DNA from: Eledone cirrhosa
Lineage: Eukaryota
Direction: 5' to 3'
DNA length: 64,000 nucleotides
NCBI GenBank assembly: GCA_964016885.1
Contig: OZ024740.1
Location: 405,728,001-405,792,000 of the forward strand
The notes under the pieces were generated by a model. That model ran no database searches and had not been told where the DNA came from. It worked only from the letters and a program-made list of their open reading frames with translations. This document shows, in pieces, positions 63,972-64,000 of the stretch; the first letter of the stretch is position 1, and each line of letters begins with the position of its first letter. Made by a program: the position numbers and the translations under genes.

Positions 63972-64000
63972 CTGACACTCCCAAATAATCGTGCGTTCTT

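Overview
AT-rich, microsatellite- and retroelement-dense animal genomic DNA. The RTE LINEs with (GAT)n tails, their tRNA-derived partner SINEs and the abundant (TA)n/(CAT)n runs look like a coleoid cephalopod (octopus); this is an inference. The only host gene found is the 5' part of AASS (lysine-ketoglutarate reductase/saccharopine dehydrogenase) on +, with three coding exons at 25745-25966, 29270-29446 and 30373-30525 and a candidate non-coding first exon/promoter near 20.1-20.2 kb. No further AASS exon was recognised, so the next intron is probably >33 kb. The most striking structure lies in that intron: a ~20 kb foldback (palindromic) element, 36647-56685. Its left arm holds 3 copies of a 21-bp unit, while the right arm has expanded the same unit into a 19.3 kb two-monomer satellite with kb-scale higher-order duplications. 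A piggyBac-type MITE later inserted into the right terminal repeat. Other highlights are a 2.8 kb 53-bp minisatellite with an ETS/CCAAT/CRE cassette in each unit about 1 kb upstream of the candidate AASS promoter, a Penelope-like hairpin carrying a minimal hammerhead ribozyme, a 228-bp spacerless palindrome, RTE ORF2s with an embedded PHD finger, and the 5' end of a CsRn1-like Gypsy element (tRNA-Trp PBS, CHCC gag, -1 frameshift signal). The multi-kb ORFs over 37-56 kb are artefacts of a nearly stop-free repeat. Coordinates were read by eye and may be off by a few bases.
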